DNA of 64,000 nt from Alphaproteobacteria bacterium (GCA_021775805.1 JAJFHD010000149.1:4421-68420), one strand, 5' to 3'; counted from the first letter of the stretch, positions 32,001 to 44,998 are shown. The notes: a model not told the origin generated them from the sequence alone. Translations and numbers: made by a program.

Positions 32001-32669
32001 TTATCGAAAATGAATGCGCAGGGCAGCTGCCGCGGCGATCGGACACAACACGATCGTCGACAGCGAAAGCGCTGTCAGTATCAGGGCCGGCACGCCGAAC
32101 GGCAGCGGACCGGTTATCGCGGCGTTCGCGGCAGAGACACCGAAAATCAGGATCGGCACGTAGAGCGGCAGCACCAGGACGGAGAGCAGCAACCCGCCGC
32201 GCCGGATGCCGACCGTCAGGGCCGCCCCCACGGCCGCCAGGAAACTGAGCGCCGGTGAGCCGATCAGGGTCGTCGCAATCAGGGGCAGGAACGCCGACGG
32301 CGGCAGGTTGAGCAGAATCCCGAGCAAGGGAGCCGCGAGCGCCAGGGGAACGCCGGTCGCCAGCCAGTGCGCCAGCGTCTTTGCAAACGCCACCATCTCA
32401 ACGGGCATCGGACCCAGCATCATCACATCCAGCGATCCATCTTCGAAGTCGGCCTGGAAAATCCGGTCCGACGACAGCAGAACCGACAGGAGCAGCGCCA
32501 CCCACAGGGTTCCCGGCGCTATTCGCTCGAGCATGTTGGGATCCGCACCCAGACCGAGCGGTATCATGGTGACCACCACCAGCAGAAACGCCAGCGCCAT
32601 GCCGGCACCGCCGCCAAGACGAACCGCGAGCACCAGATCCCGTTGTACCAGCGCCAGGAACAGCTTCAT
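32001..32669 (-). CDS. ccmB: heme exporter protein B
   Basis: 222 aa six-helix membrane protein between ccmA and ccmC. Confidence 0.9.
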   Translation of the reverse strand: MKLFLALVQRDLVLAVRLGGGAGMALAFLLVVVTMIPLGLGADPNMLERIAPGTLWVALLLSVLLSSDRIFQADFEDGSLDVMMLGPMPVEMVAFAKTLAHWLATGVPLALAAPLLGILLNLPPSAFLPLIATTLIGSPALSFLAAVGAALTVGIRRGGLLLSVLVLPLYVPILIFGVSAANAAITGPLPFGVPALILTALSLSTIVLCPIAAAAALRIHFR

Positions 32670-33274
32670 GACGCGGCCCTTCTCTCGGCGAAATCTAGCC
32701 GTTGCGAGAATGTCGACCCCAGGTCGGAATGGGTCGATGCCATCACCATGCCGCCATCAGCTACGTGGTCGTCCACCAGACCCGCCAGAATTTTGCGCGA
32801 CGCCTCATCAAGCGAGACCGACGGCTCGTCCAGCAGCCAGAGCGCGCGCGGCACCAGCGCCAGGCGGCACAAGCCGAGCCGGCGTTTCTGGCCGGCAGAG
32901 AGAAGGCCTGCGGGAATTTCCCGGAGATGATCCAACTTGAAGGTCTCAAGCGCATTCTCGACGTCGCCCCCACCCAGGAACGCGCTCCAGAACGTAACGT
33001 TTTCCTCCACCGTCATGACCGCCTTGACCGCGTCCAGGTGGCCGACCAGATGGGCGTGCTGTCCGATCGACAGTTCCTTGTCGCCGCCGTCGAGATCGAG
33101 TTGACCGTCGGCGGGATCGATGAACCCCGCGACCATCCGCAACAGGCTGGTCTTGCCCGATCCGTTCGGGCCGGTGAGCAGCAGGCTCTCACCCGACGAA
33201 AGCGCGAACGAAATATCGCGAAAGACCACACGGCCGCCACGGACACAGGTCAACTGGTCTGCTTTGAGTTTCAT
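32666..33274 (-). CDS. ccmA: heme exporter ATP-binding protein
   Basis: 202 aa from the ATG at 33274; GPNGSGKTSLLR, LSAGQKRR, WLLDEP; 4-nt overlap with ccmB. Confidence 0.9.
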   Translation of the reverse strand: MKLKADQLTCVRGGRVVFRDISFALSSGESLLLTGPNGSGKTSLLRMVAGFIDPADGQLDLDGGDKELSIGQHAHLVGHLDAVKAVMTVEENVTFWSAFLGGGDVENALETFKLDHLREIPAGLLSAGQKRRLGLCRLALVPRALWLLDEPSVSLDEASRKILAGLVDDHVADGGMVMASTHSDLGSTFSQRLDFAERRAAS

Positions 33275-33609
33275 GATGGCAATTCTGCTCCGGAAAAACG
33301 ACCTGACGGGGCAACATCTAACCGATGCGGCCATCCCTGAAAAGGAACTCATTCGCGTAATGTCGACACGACTCGATGGTCCGCAACGTTCGTACGACTG
33401 GCGCTGTTCACGAAAAGTTATTATATAGACGGCAATCACGTCTGGATGCGCGCCATAATCGACGTTGCCTGCCGCCGCTTTAAGGATCCGTTTCGGGTCC
33501 CGTCGGGGTCATGCAAAATTTCTTTCAGTACAGCGTTGCGCATACCGCCCCTTCAACACCGCTTTGCATATGACTGTGCAACAGCCCGCAACAATGGAAC
33601 AGGACGAAC

Positions 33610-36327
<2,718 letters not shown>

Positions 36328-36347
36328 CGGCGATAAAATCCAAAATT

Positions 36348-36380
36348 GGGCCGCCGATTCCTGCTGGCGGCCCTTTTTGT
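36348..36380 (+). terminator. rho-independent terminator of acnA
   Basis: GGGCCGCC...GGCGGCCC stem followed by TTTTTGTTT, 20 nt after the acnA stop. Confidence 0.8.
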
Positions 36381-36412
36381 TTCCCAATGACATTGTCGGG
36401 GAGAATTTCGAC

Positions 36413-37249
36413 ATGCACACCGTCCTCGCCAACGGCGCCAACATTCCCGCAATCGGTTTCGGCACCTGGACCCTCAGGGGAGATCAGGCTGCGGACCTGG
36501 TTCGCGAAGCCCTTGAAGCCGGTTACCGGCATGTGGACACAGCCGTCATGTACGAAAACGAGGAGGCCGTAGGCGAGGGCCTGAAGGCCGCCGGCGTCGT
36601 GCGCGACGATATTTTCGTGACCACCAAAGTCTGGCCGACGGACATTGCCGATGGCGACCTTCAGCGCTCCGTGGAAGCCAGCCTGAAGCGTCTCGATCTC
36701 GATGCGGTCGACCTCGCCCTGATACACTGGCCATCGAAGACCGTCCCCCTGGCAGAATCGTTCAAGGCATTGAACGAGGTTCTGGACCGCGGTCTGTGCC
36801 GTCACATCGGCGTCTCGAACTTTACAGTTGCGATGATTGAGGATGCCGTCGCCTTGAGCCGCCATCCCCTCGCCTGCAACCAGGTTGAGTATCACCCCTT
36901 CGTCAACCAGGCCGTCGTGCACCAGGCCTGCCGGAAACATGGCATGGCCATGGTTGCCTATTGTCCGCTCAACCGTGCCGGCGTGACGTTTGCGCAAGCC
37001 CCGGTTCGGGCCGCGGTCGAAGCCCACAACCGGACACCGGCTCAGGTCGTCCTGCGCTGGCACATGCAGCAGGACGGCGTCGTGGCGATCCCGCGCACCA
37101 CCAACGGGCAGCGGATGCGCGAAAATCTCGAACTGTTCGATTTTCAGTTGAGTGACGACGAGATGGCAGCCATCTCCTCCCTGACGTCGCGAAACCAACG
37201 CCAGTGTGACTTTGACTTTTCCCCTGAGTGGGATCCGGCACCGGCGTGA
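36413..37249 (+). CDS. aldo/keto reductase (DkgA/B-like)
   Basis: 278 aa from the ATG at 36413 with GGGGAGAA upstream; IPAIGFGTW, GYRHVDTA, IHWP motifs. Confidence 0.85.
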   Translation: MHTVLANGANIPAIGFGTWTLRGDQAADLVREALEAGYRHVDTAVMYENEEAVGEGLKAAGVVRDDIFVTTKVWPTDIADGDLQRSVEASLKRLDLDAVDLALIHWPSKTVPLAESFKALNEVLDRGLCRHIGVSNFTVAMIEDAVALSRHPLACNQVEYHPFVNQAVVHQACRKHGMAMVAYCPLNRAGVTFAQAPVRAAVEAHNRTPAQVVLRWHMQQDGVVAIPRTTNGQRMRENLELFDFQLSDDEMAAISSLTSRNQRQCDFDFSPEWDPAPA

Positions 37250-37270
37250 CGCTTCGGCCCCTGACGCACT

Positions 37271-38257
37271 TCAGGACGCGCAGGCCGTCTCGAACGGCTT
37301 GTTGTTCAACCGGTCCATGAGGTACTTCGCCACGTAGTAGTCGATGTGACCGCCGCCGCCATTCTTCATCATCGTGATCTGTTCCGGCGACGTCCTGCCG
37401 GCAACCTTGCCCTGGCAAAGCTCGAACAGGTCGCCCTTGATGTCATCTGGACCAATGACGCCGCGCTCGAAGGGCCCGAGAAATTCACCGGATCGTTCGG
37501 TCGTCTGGCGGTGATCGACAAAAACATCGCAGCGCTGCAGCACCGCATCGTCGGCTTCGCGCATTTCCGGCGTGAACGAGCCGACCAGGTCCACATGCGT
37601 GCCCGGCTGCAAATGCCGGCCCTTGAGGATCGGTTCGGACGCCATCGTTGCACAGGAGACGATATCGGCGCCGGCAACCGCCGCATCCAGATCGCCGGCC
37701 ACCGCGGCGTCGACGCTCTCCTCGCCCAGGAGCCCGGCGAGCTTCTCCGCGTTGGCAACAGTCCGGTTCCAGATCAGCACCTTCTCGATCGAGGGCCGTA
37801 CACTGCGATGGGCCCGCACCAGATAAGGCGCCAGCCCGCCGGCGCCGACCATGAGCAGGGTCTTGGCGTCCTGGCGCGCCAGAATCCCGGCCCCAAGGGC
37901 TGAGTCTGCGGACGTTTTGCGGAAGATCATCGCCTCACCGTCGATGACCGCTTCCGTCACCCCGGTCGCCCCGTCGATGAAGGCATAGATCGAGTTGACG
38001 TTGGAGACCCCGTGATTGAGCTTGTTGCCGGGAAATGATGTCACCAGCTTGCACAGCAGCCCTTCCTGCGGCTGCCAGGCCGGCAGAATGATGAAGGAAT
38101 CCGGATGGCCGCTTTCATTGGCCACTTCATACCGGATGCGGTCGGAGAATTTCGGCATGCCGCCCATGTGCGCCTGCCGGATTGCCGCCACCAGTCCGTC
38201 ATAGTCGAGGAGTTCGTGAACCCTTTGGGCGTCGATCATCTGCATGCCTGCCTCCAT
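37271..38257 (-). CDS. ornithine cyclodeaminase / mu-crystallin family protein
   Basis: 328 aa; Rossmann segment LLMVGAGGLAPYLVRAH; the start may be one of the nearby downstream ATGs. Confidence 0.85.
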   Translation of the reverse strand: MEAGMQMIDAQRVHELLDYDGLVAAIRQAHMGGMPKFSDRIRYEVANESGHPDSFIILPAWQPQEGLLCKLVTSFPGNKLNHGVSNVNSIYAFIDGATGVTEAVIDGEAMIFRKTSADSALGAGILARQDAKTLLMVGAGGLAPYLVRAHRSVRPSIEKVLIWNRTVANAEKLAGLLGEESVDAAVAGDLDAAVAGADIVSCATMASEPILKGRHLQPGTHVDLVGSFTPEMREADDAVLQRCDVFVDHRQTTERSGEFLGPFERGVIGPDDIKGDLFELCQGKVAGRTSPEQITMMKNGGGGHIDYYVAKYLMDRLNNKPFETACAS

Positions 38258-38405
38258 GGAACGTCGGTTATCTTAATCGGACTGCACCGATCTCGGTATC
38301 GTATACAACTGACACTCTAGAACCTATGCGGTCATCGTCGAATCATTTGACCGGATAGGCTCGAGCGCTGAAGATTATCGGTTCCAAAGGCGGCCGGAGA
38401 AACAG

Positions 38406-40157
38406 ATGTCCCACGACACACTTGATTTACGCGAGGTGATCATTTTCCTCTTCGCCGCGGGTATTGTCGTGCCGCTGGTCGGCCGCCTGAAAATCAGTCC
38501 GGTCTTCGGCTTTCTGGTCGTCGGCCTGGCAATCGGGCCGTATGGTGTGGCGCGTTTCGCCGACACGCTGCCGTGGCTGAACCATGTTTCCATCACCGAC
38601 CTGAAGGGTATCCGCCCGCTGGCGGAACTGGGCGTCGTGTTCTTGTTGTTCATGATCGGCCTCGAGCTTTCCCTGGACAGGCTGTGGGCCATGCGCCGCT
38701 GGGTATTTGGTCTGGGAGGCGCGCAAATCGTGCTGACCGGCACGGTAATCGCTGTTATCGCCTCGTTCTTCGACAACACGCTGGCCGTTGCTGTGGTGCT
38801 TGAGGCGAGCTTTGCACTCTCTTCAACGGCGATCGTCATGCAGTTGTTGGCGGAAAACCGACGTATGGGCACGGCGACAGGGCGCGTCAGCTTCGCCATC
38901 CTCTTGTGCCAGGACCTTGCCGTGCTGCCCATCCTGTTTCTGGTTGGTGTGTTTGCCACGCAAAGCGATACGCCGATACCTCTGGCGTTCGCCTGGGCAA
39001 TCGGCGAGGCAATGATTGCTGTTGCCGTCATCCTGGCAGTCGGCCGTTTGGTAATCCGGCCGATCTTCCACTTCGTCGGCAGCACGGCCAGCCGAGAGAT
39101 GTTCCTGGCCCTCGTTCTGCTGGTCATCGTGGGGACCGCACTCGCCACCGAGCAGTTCGGACTGTCGATGGCGTTGGGCGCCTTTCTTGCCGGGCTGTTG
39201 TTCGCCGAAACGGAATACCGGCACGAAATAGAGGTCGACATCGAACCGTTCAAGGGTCTGCTGCTGGGACTGTTCTTTGTCTCTATCGGCATGGGTATCG
39301 ATATCGCCCAGGTTGCTGCCGATCCCCTGTGGCTGGTCGCCTCCGTCTTCGGGCTCTACCTGATCAAGAGCCCGATTGTATACGTCCTGGCACGGCTGTT
39401 CGGCGAGCCCCGCCCGGTGGCCTTGGAGGCCGGATTGTTGCTTGGCCAAAGCGGTGAATTCGCCTTCCTCCTTGTCGGCATGGCCAACGGGCTCGGTTTG
39501 ATGCCGAACGACACCGCCCAGTTCATGCTGATTGTCGCCGGTCTGACGATGATCACAACGCCGCCGGTGGCCCATTTCGCCCGTAAGCTGGCGCAAACGG
39601 TCGAAGCTCGGAATGCCGATCGGGATCTGGGCGATACCGACATCCCGGTTGGCCTTTCCGGTCATGTGATCGTCGTGGGCTATGGCCGCGTCGGCCAGAT
39701 GCTGGGGTCGGTTCTCAGCAGCCACCAAATCCCTCATGTCGGGCTCGAGATCGATGCAGACCTTGTGGCACGCTATCGCTCCGCCGGTGCCGGCGTATTC
39801 TACGGCGATGCGAACAGACCGGACCTGCTGCGTCAGTTCGGGGTCGAACAAGCTGCGGCGCTTGTGGTCACAATGGACAATGCGGTTATCGCAGAACATG
39901 TGGTTTCAACCGTCCGCCGGCATTGGCCGGATCTGCTGATCTACGCACGGGCCCGCGATCGGGTGCACGCGGCACGTTTGATTGACCGGGGGGCAAATCA
40001 TGTCATCCCCGAAACGGTCGAGGCAAGCCTGCAGTTGGGCGAAATGGTTCTCATGGGTGTCGGCGTCCCGGATCAGGCTGCCCGCCGATCCATCGAGGCG
40101 CGCCGGCAGATGGAACAGGGCACCGTAGACCGAAGCCGGGAAGCGCGAGACGGATGA
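38406..40157 (+). CDS. CPA2 monovalent cation:proton antiporter with C-terminal RCK/TrkA-N domain (KefB/C-like)
   Basis: 583 aa; 12-13 TM helices, then VIVVGYGRVGQ NAD-fold domain. Confidence 0.85.
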   Translation: MSHDTLDLREVIIFLFAAGIVVPLVGRLKISPVFGFLVVGLAIGPYGVARFADTLPWLNHVSITDLKGIRPLAELGVVFLLFMIGLELSLDRLWAMRRWVFGLGGAQIVLTGTVIAVIASFFDNTLAVAVVLEASFALSSTAIVMQLLAENRRMGTATGRVSFAILLCQDLAVLPILFLVGVFATQSDTPIPLAFAWAIGEAMIAVAVILAVGRLVIRPIFHFVGSTASREMFLALVLLVIVGTALATEQFGLSMALGAFLAGLLFAETEYRHEIEVDIEPFKGLLLGLFFVSIGMGIDIAQVAADPLWLVASVFGLYLIKSPIVYVLARLFGEPRPVALEAGLLLGQSGEFAFLLVGMANGLGLMPNDTAQFMLIVAGLTMITTPPVAHFARKLAQTVEARNADRDLGDTDIPVGLSGHVIVVGYGRVGQMLGSVLSSHQIPHVGLEIDADLVARYRSAGAGVFYGDANRPDLLRQFGVEQAAALVVTMDNAVIAEHVVSTVRRHWPDLLIYARARDRVHAARLIDRGANHVIPETVEASLQLGEMVLMGVGVPDQAARRSIEARRQMEQGTVDRSREARDG

Positions 40158-40238
40158 TCCAGAGACGGATGCAAGGGATTGCGATTCACACTTGCCGGAA
40201 CTGGATTCACACAAAAACAAGTTCCCCGATTACGGGAC

Positions 40239-40439
40239 TCAAGACAGTCCCGACGACGCCACGCAACCGGAACCGGTTGCTTGCCGCTGCCCGATCCTCA
40301 GCACAGCCGAAGCCCCCGACCAGATCAACCGTAGTCCTCGCCGCGCCGTTTTCGACCGTTCGAGCCGTCCTGCATCACACGCGGCACGGTAGTTGATGGA
40401 ACCGTCTTCATTCAGGAATTTTGGATTGATTTCATACAT
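40239..40439 (-). CDS. small hypothetical protein
   Basis: 66 aa; GGAGAAG 6 nt upstream of the ATG; weak hairpin plus T-run just after the stop; no motif recognised. Confidence 0.4.
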   Translation of the reverse strand: MYEINPKFLNEDGSINYRAACDAGRLERSKTARRGLRLIWSGASAVLRIGQRQATGSGCVASSGLS

Positions 40440-40583
40440 GTGGCTTCTCCGTTGGTTTGCGCTGGTACTGGGGAAAAGCTACAACTGAAGGCATTGCGGT
40501 GCTTTTAGATGGTCTTAAGATGTCATCCAGATTTCATCCATTTTCATGAAGATCTGCGTGGGCGTGATCGTAGGGTGGCAAAA

Positions 40584-41795
40584 ATGGACAATTCCGACAA
40601 TCGGGTTTTGGTTTTTGGCGACTTCATGCTGGATCCCGGGGCAGCCGAACTGCGCCACAAAGGGATGGTCGTACCGCTGGAACCGCAGGTTTTTGACCTG
40701 ATCCACTATTTTGCATCGCATCCGGCTCGAGTGGTTACCAGAGACGATATCATCGAATCGGTCTGGCACGGCCGAATCGTGTCCGATTCCGCTATCTCGA
40801 CGCGCATCAATGCGGCACGAAAAGCGCTTGGCGACGATGGTTCGGCACAACGCGTCATCAAGACCATTCACGGCCGCGGTTTTCGCTTTGAACTCGATAC
40901 AGATGGCGCCTCCCCAGAGGAAGACATTGGCCCCAATGACGAAAAGGAGCCTCTCGAGGTTCGGTACTGTACGACGCCTGATGGTGTCAGCATCGCGTTT
41001 GCCGGAACAGGTGAGGGTTTGCCACTGATCAAGACAGCAAGCTTCATGACCCACTTGCAGCATGATTCAGAAGGCGTGTTGTTTGCCCATTGGATTTACG
41101 AATTGTCCAAGCACTATCGTTATGTCCGTTACGATGAACGCGGCAACGGTCTGTCCGACTGGGAGATCGAGTCCTTCTCTTTTGAAGCGATGGTCCAGGA
41201 TCTCGAAACCGTCATCGACACTCTGGGTTATGAAAGGTTCGCGCTGCTGGGGGTATCACAGGGAGCCTCCGTTGCCCTCGAATATGCCAGGCGTTATCCC
41301 GAAAGGGTCGGATGCCTCATCCTCTACGGAGGTTACGCGGCGGGTTGGCAGCATTCGAAGGATGAGGCCTTCAAGACCACGCGCAACGCCTTGCTCGACC
41401 TCACCAGGGTTACATGGGGTTCCGACAACCCAGCCGGCCGGCAAGCCTATGCGGCCCTCTACATTCCGGACGGCACACCCGAACAGCATTCGGAATTCAT
41501 GCGCCTGCAACAGATAACGACCACGCCGGAGAACGCCTATCGTATACTGAAGACCTTTGCGCAGATTGATGTCCGCGATATCCTGCCTGAAATCTCCGTG
41601 CCAACCCTGGTCATGCATTGTCGGGGCGACGCGCCGGTCCCTTTCGAGGCCGGACGGACGCTGGCAGCTTCTATACCCGACGCAAGGTTGGTAATGCTGG
41701 AGGGCAACAATCACATCATTCAGAAAGGGGATGCCGGCTGGCCCAGGTTCATGTCGGAGATACGGCACTTCATGGCAGAAAATCTTGGACGGTGA
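40584..41795 (+). CDS. OmpR/CadC-type winged-helix DNA-binding domain fused to an alpha/beta-hydrolase domain
   Basis: 403 aa from the ATG at 40584; N-terminus LEPQVFDLIHYFASHPARVVTRDDIIESVW...IHGRGFRF; C-terminus GVSQGAS nucleophile elbow and NNH near the end. Confidence 0.8.
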   Translation: MDNSDNRVLVFGDFMLDPGAAELRHKGMVVPLEPQVFDLIHYFASHPARVVTRDDIIESVWHGRIVSDSAISTRINAARKALGDDGSAQRVIKTIHGRGFRFELDTDGASPEEDIGPNDEKEPLEVRYCTTPDGVSIAFAGTGEGLPLIKTASFMTHLQHDSEGVLFAHWIYELSKHYRYVRYDERGNGLSDWEIESFSFEAMVQDLETVIDTLGYERFALLGVSQGASVALEYARRYPERVGCLILYGGYAAGWQHSKDEAFKTTRNALLDLTRVTWGSDNPAGRQAYAALYIPDGTPEQHSEFMRLQQITTTPENAYRILKTFAQIDVRDILPEISVPTLVMHCRGDAPVPFEAGRTLAASIPDARLVMLEGNNHIIQKGDAGWPRFMSEIRHFMAENLGR

Positions 41796-41988
41796 GAACA
41801 CCGTCTTGTGATTTCGGTTTGCCGTACCGAACACGACGTCGACATTTTTTGCCGGTACGTGTTCCATGCTTGCCCAAGAGGTTGGATTGACAACGATACA
41901 CCTCCGGCAGGCTGTCACCCCTTCGTTACTCGCATGTGAGTCCCAAAAGACCTAATGTCCCATCGCTGTATTCACCAGGACAACTGCC

Positions 41989-42777
41989 ATGACGTTTCGA
42001 TACTCGATACTCGCCGCCTCAATGATCTCCTGCCTTGCCGCACTCGCCATGAGCGATCCGGCCTTCGCGGCCAAGATGGAACATCCTGTTGTCGTTGAAC
42101 TTTACACCAGCCAGGGTTGCTCAGATTGTCCGGCTGCAGACGCATATTTGGGGGAACTGACAGAACGTAAAGACGTTATCGCCCTAACCTTTGCGGTGCG
42201 ATACTGGGATTATCTTGGATGGGTTGATTCATTTGGAACACCGGAAAACGACCAACGACAATCCGACTACGTGTCGCGTATAGTGCAAAGTAAGAAGCAT
42301 CAGGGACGATCACTCGATAATGTTCGCTATACGCCTCAAATGATTTTGGATGGACGCGTGCACGCCGTTGGCTCGGATAGGATTGCCGTTGCTTATGAAA
42401 TTGAAAGACTGAGATCAGAGAAACCGAAAACGTCGATCGCTGTAAGCGCGAAGGTTTCCGGAGACTCGATCGTGGTAACGGTTGATGGGAAATCCGGCAT
42501 TGCTGCAACGTCCGCAACATTGTGGCTTGCTTACTATTCAAAGAAGGAAAAGGTTTCGATCCGCCGCGGCGAGAACAGGGGCAAAGATGTCAACTATCAC
42601 AATGTTGTTCGCCAAATGACTCCGATCGCTAAGTGGTCTGGAGAACGGTTGGAAGAGAAACTCCCGAAAACCGACCTCATGAACCAAGGCTATGATGGCT
42701 GTGCGGTCATCTTGCAGGTCAACGGCAACGGACCGATCATCGGTGCGGCCGCGATTGACGACTGGATGGGCAACTGA
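41989..42777 (+). CDS. DUF1223 thioredoxin-like secreted protein
   Basis: 262 aa; signal peptide and VVELYTSQGCSDCPAAD motif. Confidence 0.8.
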   Translation: MTFRYSILAASMISCLAALAMSDPAFAAKMEHPVVVELYTSQGCSDCPAADAYLGELTERKDVIALTFAVRYWDYLGWVDSFGTPENDQRQSDYVSRIVQSKKHQGRSLDNVRYTPQMILDGRVHAVGSDRIAVAYEIERLRSEKPKTSIAVSAKVSGDSIVVTVDGKSGIAATSATLWLAYYSKKEKVSIRRGENRGKDVNYHNVVRQMTPIAKWSGERLEEKLPKTDLMNQGYDGCAVILQVNGNGPIIGAAAIDDWMGN

Positions 42778-42842
42778 ACGAAAGCAATCAGCGTTTGACC
42801 GTACCCATCGATACTTTTCAAGGATGAACACAGTCCCCAAAT

Positions 42843-42921
42843 ACTGTCATGTACGTGCGTGACACGTACAACTCCTGAATCGCAACGCAGGAGGTCCTCG
42901 TGTCGATGCACGAGGGCGACA
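42843..42921 (+). repeat. three-hairpin intergenic element, copy B
   Basis: Same three stems as 28826-28904; substitutions fall almost entirely in loops. Confidence 0.6.
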
Positions 42922-43004
42922 GTTTGGAAGAGTGATAGAGCAAACGGTCCGGTGCCGCACTACGGATCAGCGTCAGGAATGGATCCCGTAAATCGCGACC
43001 GGCA

Positions 43005-44924
43005 TTAAGCCCCCGCCATCAGCTTTGACAGCCTCGCCGAGAAGCCGGCCGGATCGGCAACTGTTTCACCTTCTAGGATCAGTGCCTGATCGTAAAGCAG
43101 GCGGGCGGCGTCTTCCAGGTCCGGCGTGACCCCCGACTTCGCACGCTCTGCAAGCGCCTTGATGACCTCGTGACTTGCATTCAGTTCCAGAACCCTGGCG
43201 ACCGACGGCATGCTATTGTCGGCGCGGTGAGCCAGTATCTTTTCCAGCCCCCGGTCCATGCCCTTTTCGTCGGCCACCAGACACACCGGGCTTGTGGTCA
43301 GCCGTTGCGAGCGTTTCACTTCCGACACCTGGTCGCCCAGGGTCTGCTTGACCGCAGCCATCAGGGTGCCGAAGGCGGATTCGTCGACATCGTCCTTTGA
43401 GTCCTCAGACTTGTCGTCGTCGTCTTCCTTGGCCGGAATGCTGTCAAGGTCGGCTGAACCCTGGGTCACCGACTTGAACGGCTTGCCGTCGTAGCCGAGC
43501 ACGGTCGTCGTCCAGAAGCTGTCCACCGGATCGGTCAGCAGCAGCACCTCGAGGCCGCGGGCCTTGTAGCCCTCGATTTGCGGGCTGTTGGCAATCTGCG
43601 CTTCCTTGTCGCCGGTCACGTAGTAGATGGCGGTCTGTTTTTCCGCCATGTCGGCCACGTAGTCCTTCAGGCTGCGGGTTTCCCCGTCGCTCGACGTGCT
43701 CTTGAACCGGACCAGTTCCAGCAGGTCGTCGCGGCGCTCCATGTCTTCGTACAGCCCCTCCTTGAGGACCGAACCGAAGGCCGACCATATGGTCTTGTAG
43801 AGATCGGCATCTTTCTCCGCGGTTTTTTTGAGCTCGCTCAGCACCCGGTTGCCAACCGCCTTGCGGATCGCCGCCACGATCGGGTTGTTCTGCAGCATTT
43901 CGCGGCTGATGTTGAGTGGCATGTCTTCGGAATCGACAATGCCGCGCACGAACCGCAGATAGCTCGGCAGAAGTTCCGCGTCGTCGGTGATGTAGACCCG
44001 CCTGACATAGAGCTTGATCCGGCCCTGCCGTGAAGGGTCGAAGAGATCGAACGGCGGCTGGCCGGGTACGAACAAAAGCACGGTGTACTCGTTGCGCCCC
44101 TCGGCGCGGTAGTGGATCGTGAGTGCCGGATCGTCGAAGGCCCCGGCCACGTGACCGTAGAACTCCTTGTACTGATCCGCATCGATCTCCGACTTGGGAC
44201 GCGCCCACAAGGCGCCTGCGGTGTTGAGCTGGCGGACTTCCGCTGTCGCCTCGGCGCCGTTTTCCTCGAGCCGGATCGGCAGGGCCACATGATCGGAATA
44301 GGTCTTGACGATGTGTTCGAGCCGGTGCGCTTCGAGGAATTCCCTGGAGTTTTCATTGACCTTGAGGACGATGGTCGTGCCCCGTGGATAATCATCCGCC
44401 TCGGCGGGTTCGACCGTGAACGCGTCCGTACCGTTTGACGACCAGTGCCAGACTTCCTCCGCCCCGGCGCGTTTGGAATAGACATCGACCTTTTCCGCCA
44501 CGATGAATGCCGAATAGAAGCCCACGCCGAACTGACCGATGAGCGCGATGTCGCCCTTGCCTTCGGCCATGCTCTCCATGAAAGCCTTGGTCCCTGAACG
44601 GGCGATCGTGCCCAGGTTATCGACCAGTTCGTCATGGCTCATGCCGATGCCGTTATCGGTTACCGTCAGGGTTCCCGCGTCCTTGTCGGTGGTCAGTGTG
44701 ATCGCCAGCTGCGGGTCATCCGCAAGCAGATCCGGTTCCGTGATCGCTGCATAACGCAGTTTGTCGCAGGCATCGGCAGCGTTTGACACGAGTTCCCGCA
44801 GAAACACCTCCGGTTCCGAATAGACCGAGTGCACCATGAGATGCAGAAGTTTGGAGACCTCCGCCTGGAACTCATGAGAAGAGGGGGTTTCCGCTGCCGT
44901 GTCCGGCGCTTGTTGTTCACTCAC
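43005..44924 (-). CDS. htpG: molecular chaperone HtpG (Hsp90)
   Basis: 639 aa; FLRELVSNAADA, GQFGVGFYS; GTG start. Confidence 0.97.
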   Translation of the reverse strand: MSEQQAPDTAAETPSSHEFQAEVSKLLHLMVHSVYSEPEVFLRELVSNAADACDKLRYAAITEPDLLADDPQLAITLTTDKDAGTLTVTDNGIGMSHDELVDNLGTIARSGTKAFMESMAEGKGDIALIGQFGVGFYSAFIVAEKVDVYSKRAGAEEVWHWSSNGTDAFTVEPAEADDYPRGTTIVLKVNENSREFLEAHRLEHIVKTYSDHVALPIRLEENGAEATAEVRQLNTAGALWARPKSEIDADQYKEFYGHVAGAFDDPALTIHYRAEGRNEYTVLLFVPGQPPFDLFDPSRQGRIKLYVRRVYITDDAELLPSYLRFVRGIVDSEDMPLNISREMLQNNPIVAAIRKAVGNRVLSELKKTAEKDADLYKTIWSAFGSVLKEGLYEDMERRDDLLELVRFKSTSSDGETRSLKDYVADMAEKQTAIYYVTGDKEAQIANSPQIEGYKARGLEVLLLTDPVDSFWTTTVLGYDGKPFKSVTQGSADLDSIPAKEDDDDKSEDSKDDVDESAFGTLMAAVKQTLGDQVSEVKRSQRLTTSPVCLVADEKGMDRGLEKILAHRADNSMPSVARVLELNASHEVIKALAERAKSGVTPDLEDAARLLYDQALILEGETVADPAGFSARLSKLMAGA

Positions 44925-44968
44925 CGCTGGATCATCCCTTTGAAGTTGTGAAGATGGATTTCGCGGGT

Positions 44969-44998
44969 GATATTGTTCAGCTGACGCTACAAATCAAG
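44969..44998 (-). promoter_or_regulatory. possible RpoH-type promoter of htpG
   Basis: CTTGAT-N18/19-CAATATC on the minus strand, about 45-75 nt upstream of the htpG start; only an approximate match to CTTG-N17-CYTATNT. Confidence 0.25.
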
